The notes under the pieces were generated by a model. The model had not been told where the DNA came from. It ran no database searches and was given only the letters and a program-made list of their open reading frames with translations. A program made the translations under genes and the position numbers. A stretch of DNA of 63,657 nt, counting the filler, from Octopus bimaculoides (lineage: Eukaryota): the NCBI RefSeq assembly GCF_001194135.2. It is 4 parts of 4 records of this genome, joined end to end, with 100 filler letters (N's around TTAATTAATTAA, not from the genome) between each part and the next. Parts side by side here need not be neighbours in the genome. Positions count along the whole stretch, not along the records: positions 62,455 to 63,657 come from NW_026408868.1; 3 more parts are not named here. One strand, given 5' to 3'. Shown one piece after another: positions 63,101 through 63,657 of this stretch (its first letter is position 1; each line of letters starts with the position of its first letter).

Positions 63101-63657
63101 TCACTTATTGAAGAGCTTACTTTCAAAACCAGATATATGCATCGGAATGACTTTTGAGTAATTGTTTAAAACAACAACTTGAATATATCCGATTTTGATT
63201 GGAAGATTAAGATTCACCTAGTGTCTATGTGGCATCTATCCCAGATTGACTGAAAAAAAAAAAAAATTTCATGTGCGTGAAGCCAGCAGCTTGCAGATTA
63301 TGTTTAATGGTTGTCATGAAATTGACCAGACATGCACTTATAGTGGTTTTGAAAGTAAGCTCCTCATATATTATATAATATACATACATTTAACATGCAC
63401 ACACATATACACATACATATAGGGAGAGAGCAACATCTCTCCAACCACAGGTCCTCTTTTGAAATTCCAGAAAGGAGATAGGTAATATCACTGGCCAACC
63501 ACATCTGGCAACTAAGAGATAATGGGATTCCATACTTGATCTCCTGGAAAATCCTTGAGAACCCAGGTCCTTACATCAATTGGACAAAGCGTTATAAATT
63601 ATGCATAGCTGAATGTGCAAGAATCCTAAGAGACTCAACCAGGGAACATCCTTAACT

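Overview
AT-rich, gap-ridden animal genomic DNA with no confidently identifiable host protein-coding gene. The SINE families, dense (TA)n/(CA)n/(GATA)n/(ATT)n microsatellites and RTE/Penelope content point to an octopus-like cephalopod draft assembly (inference). Three 100-bp N-TTAATTAATTAA-N linkers mark artificial scaffold joins. Recognisable elements: a near full-length but decayed Tx1/L1-clade LINE (minus, ~3.1-8.35 kb) with a second 3' fragment upstream; a near full-length Penelope-like element (RT + C-terminal GIY-YIG, 9.57-13.74 kb) with an inverted 5' segment, a ~145-bp tandem array and pseudo-LTRs; two RTE-clade LINEs, one with a PHD finger inside the RT region; Helitron Rep and helicase fragments; several Tc1/mariner remnants, MITEs and foldback elements; and many tRNA-derived SINEs. 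The most notable hand-read signal is a set of hammerhead-ribozyme folds: three well-formed type I motifs with palindromic stem III (2909-2951 minus, 13526-13616 plus, 16802-16890 minus), two of them with unusually long stem II domains, plus several degenerate ones. All RNA structures were paired by eye, with no folding or database search run.
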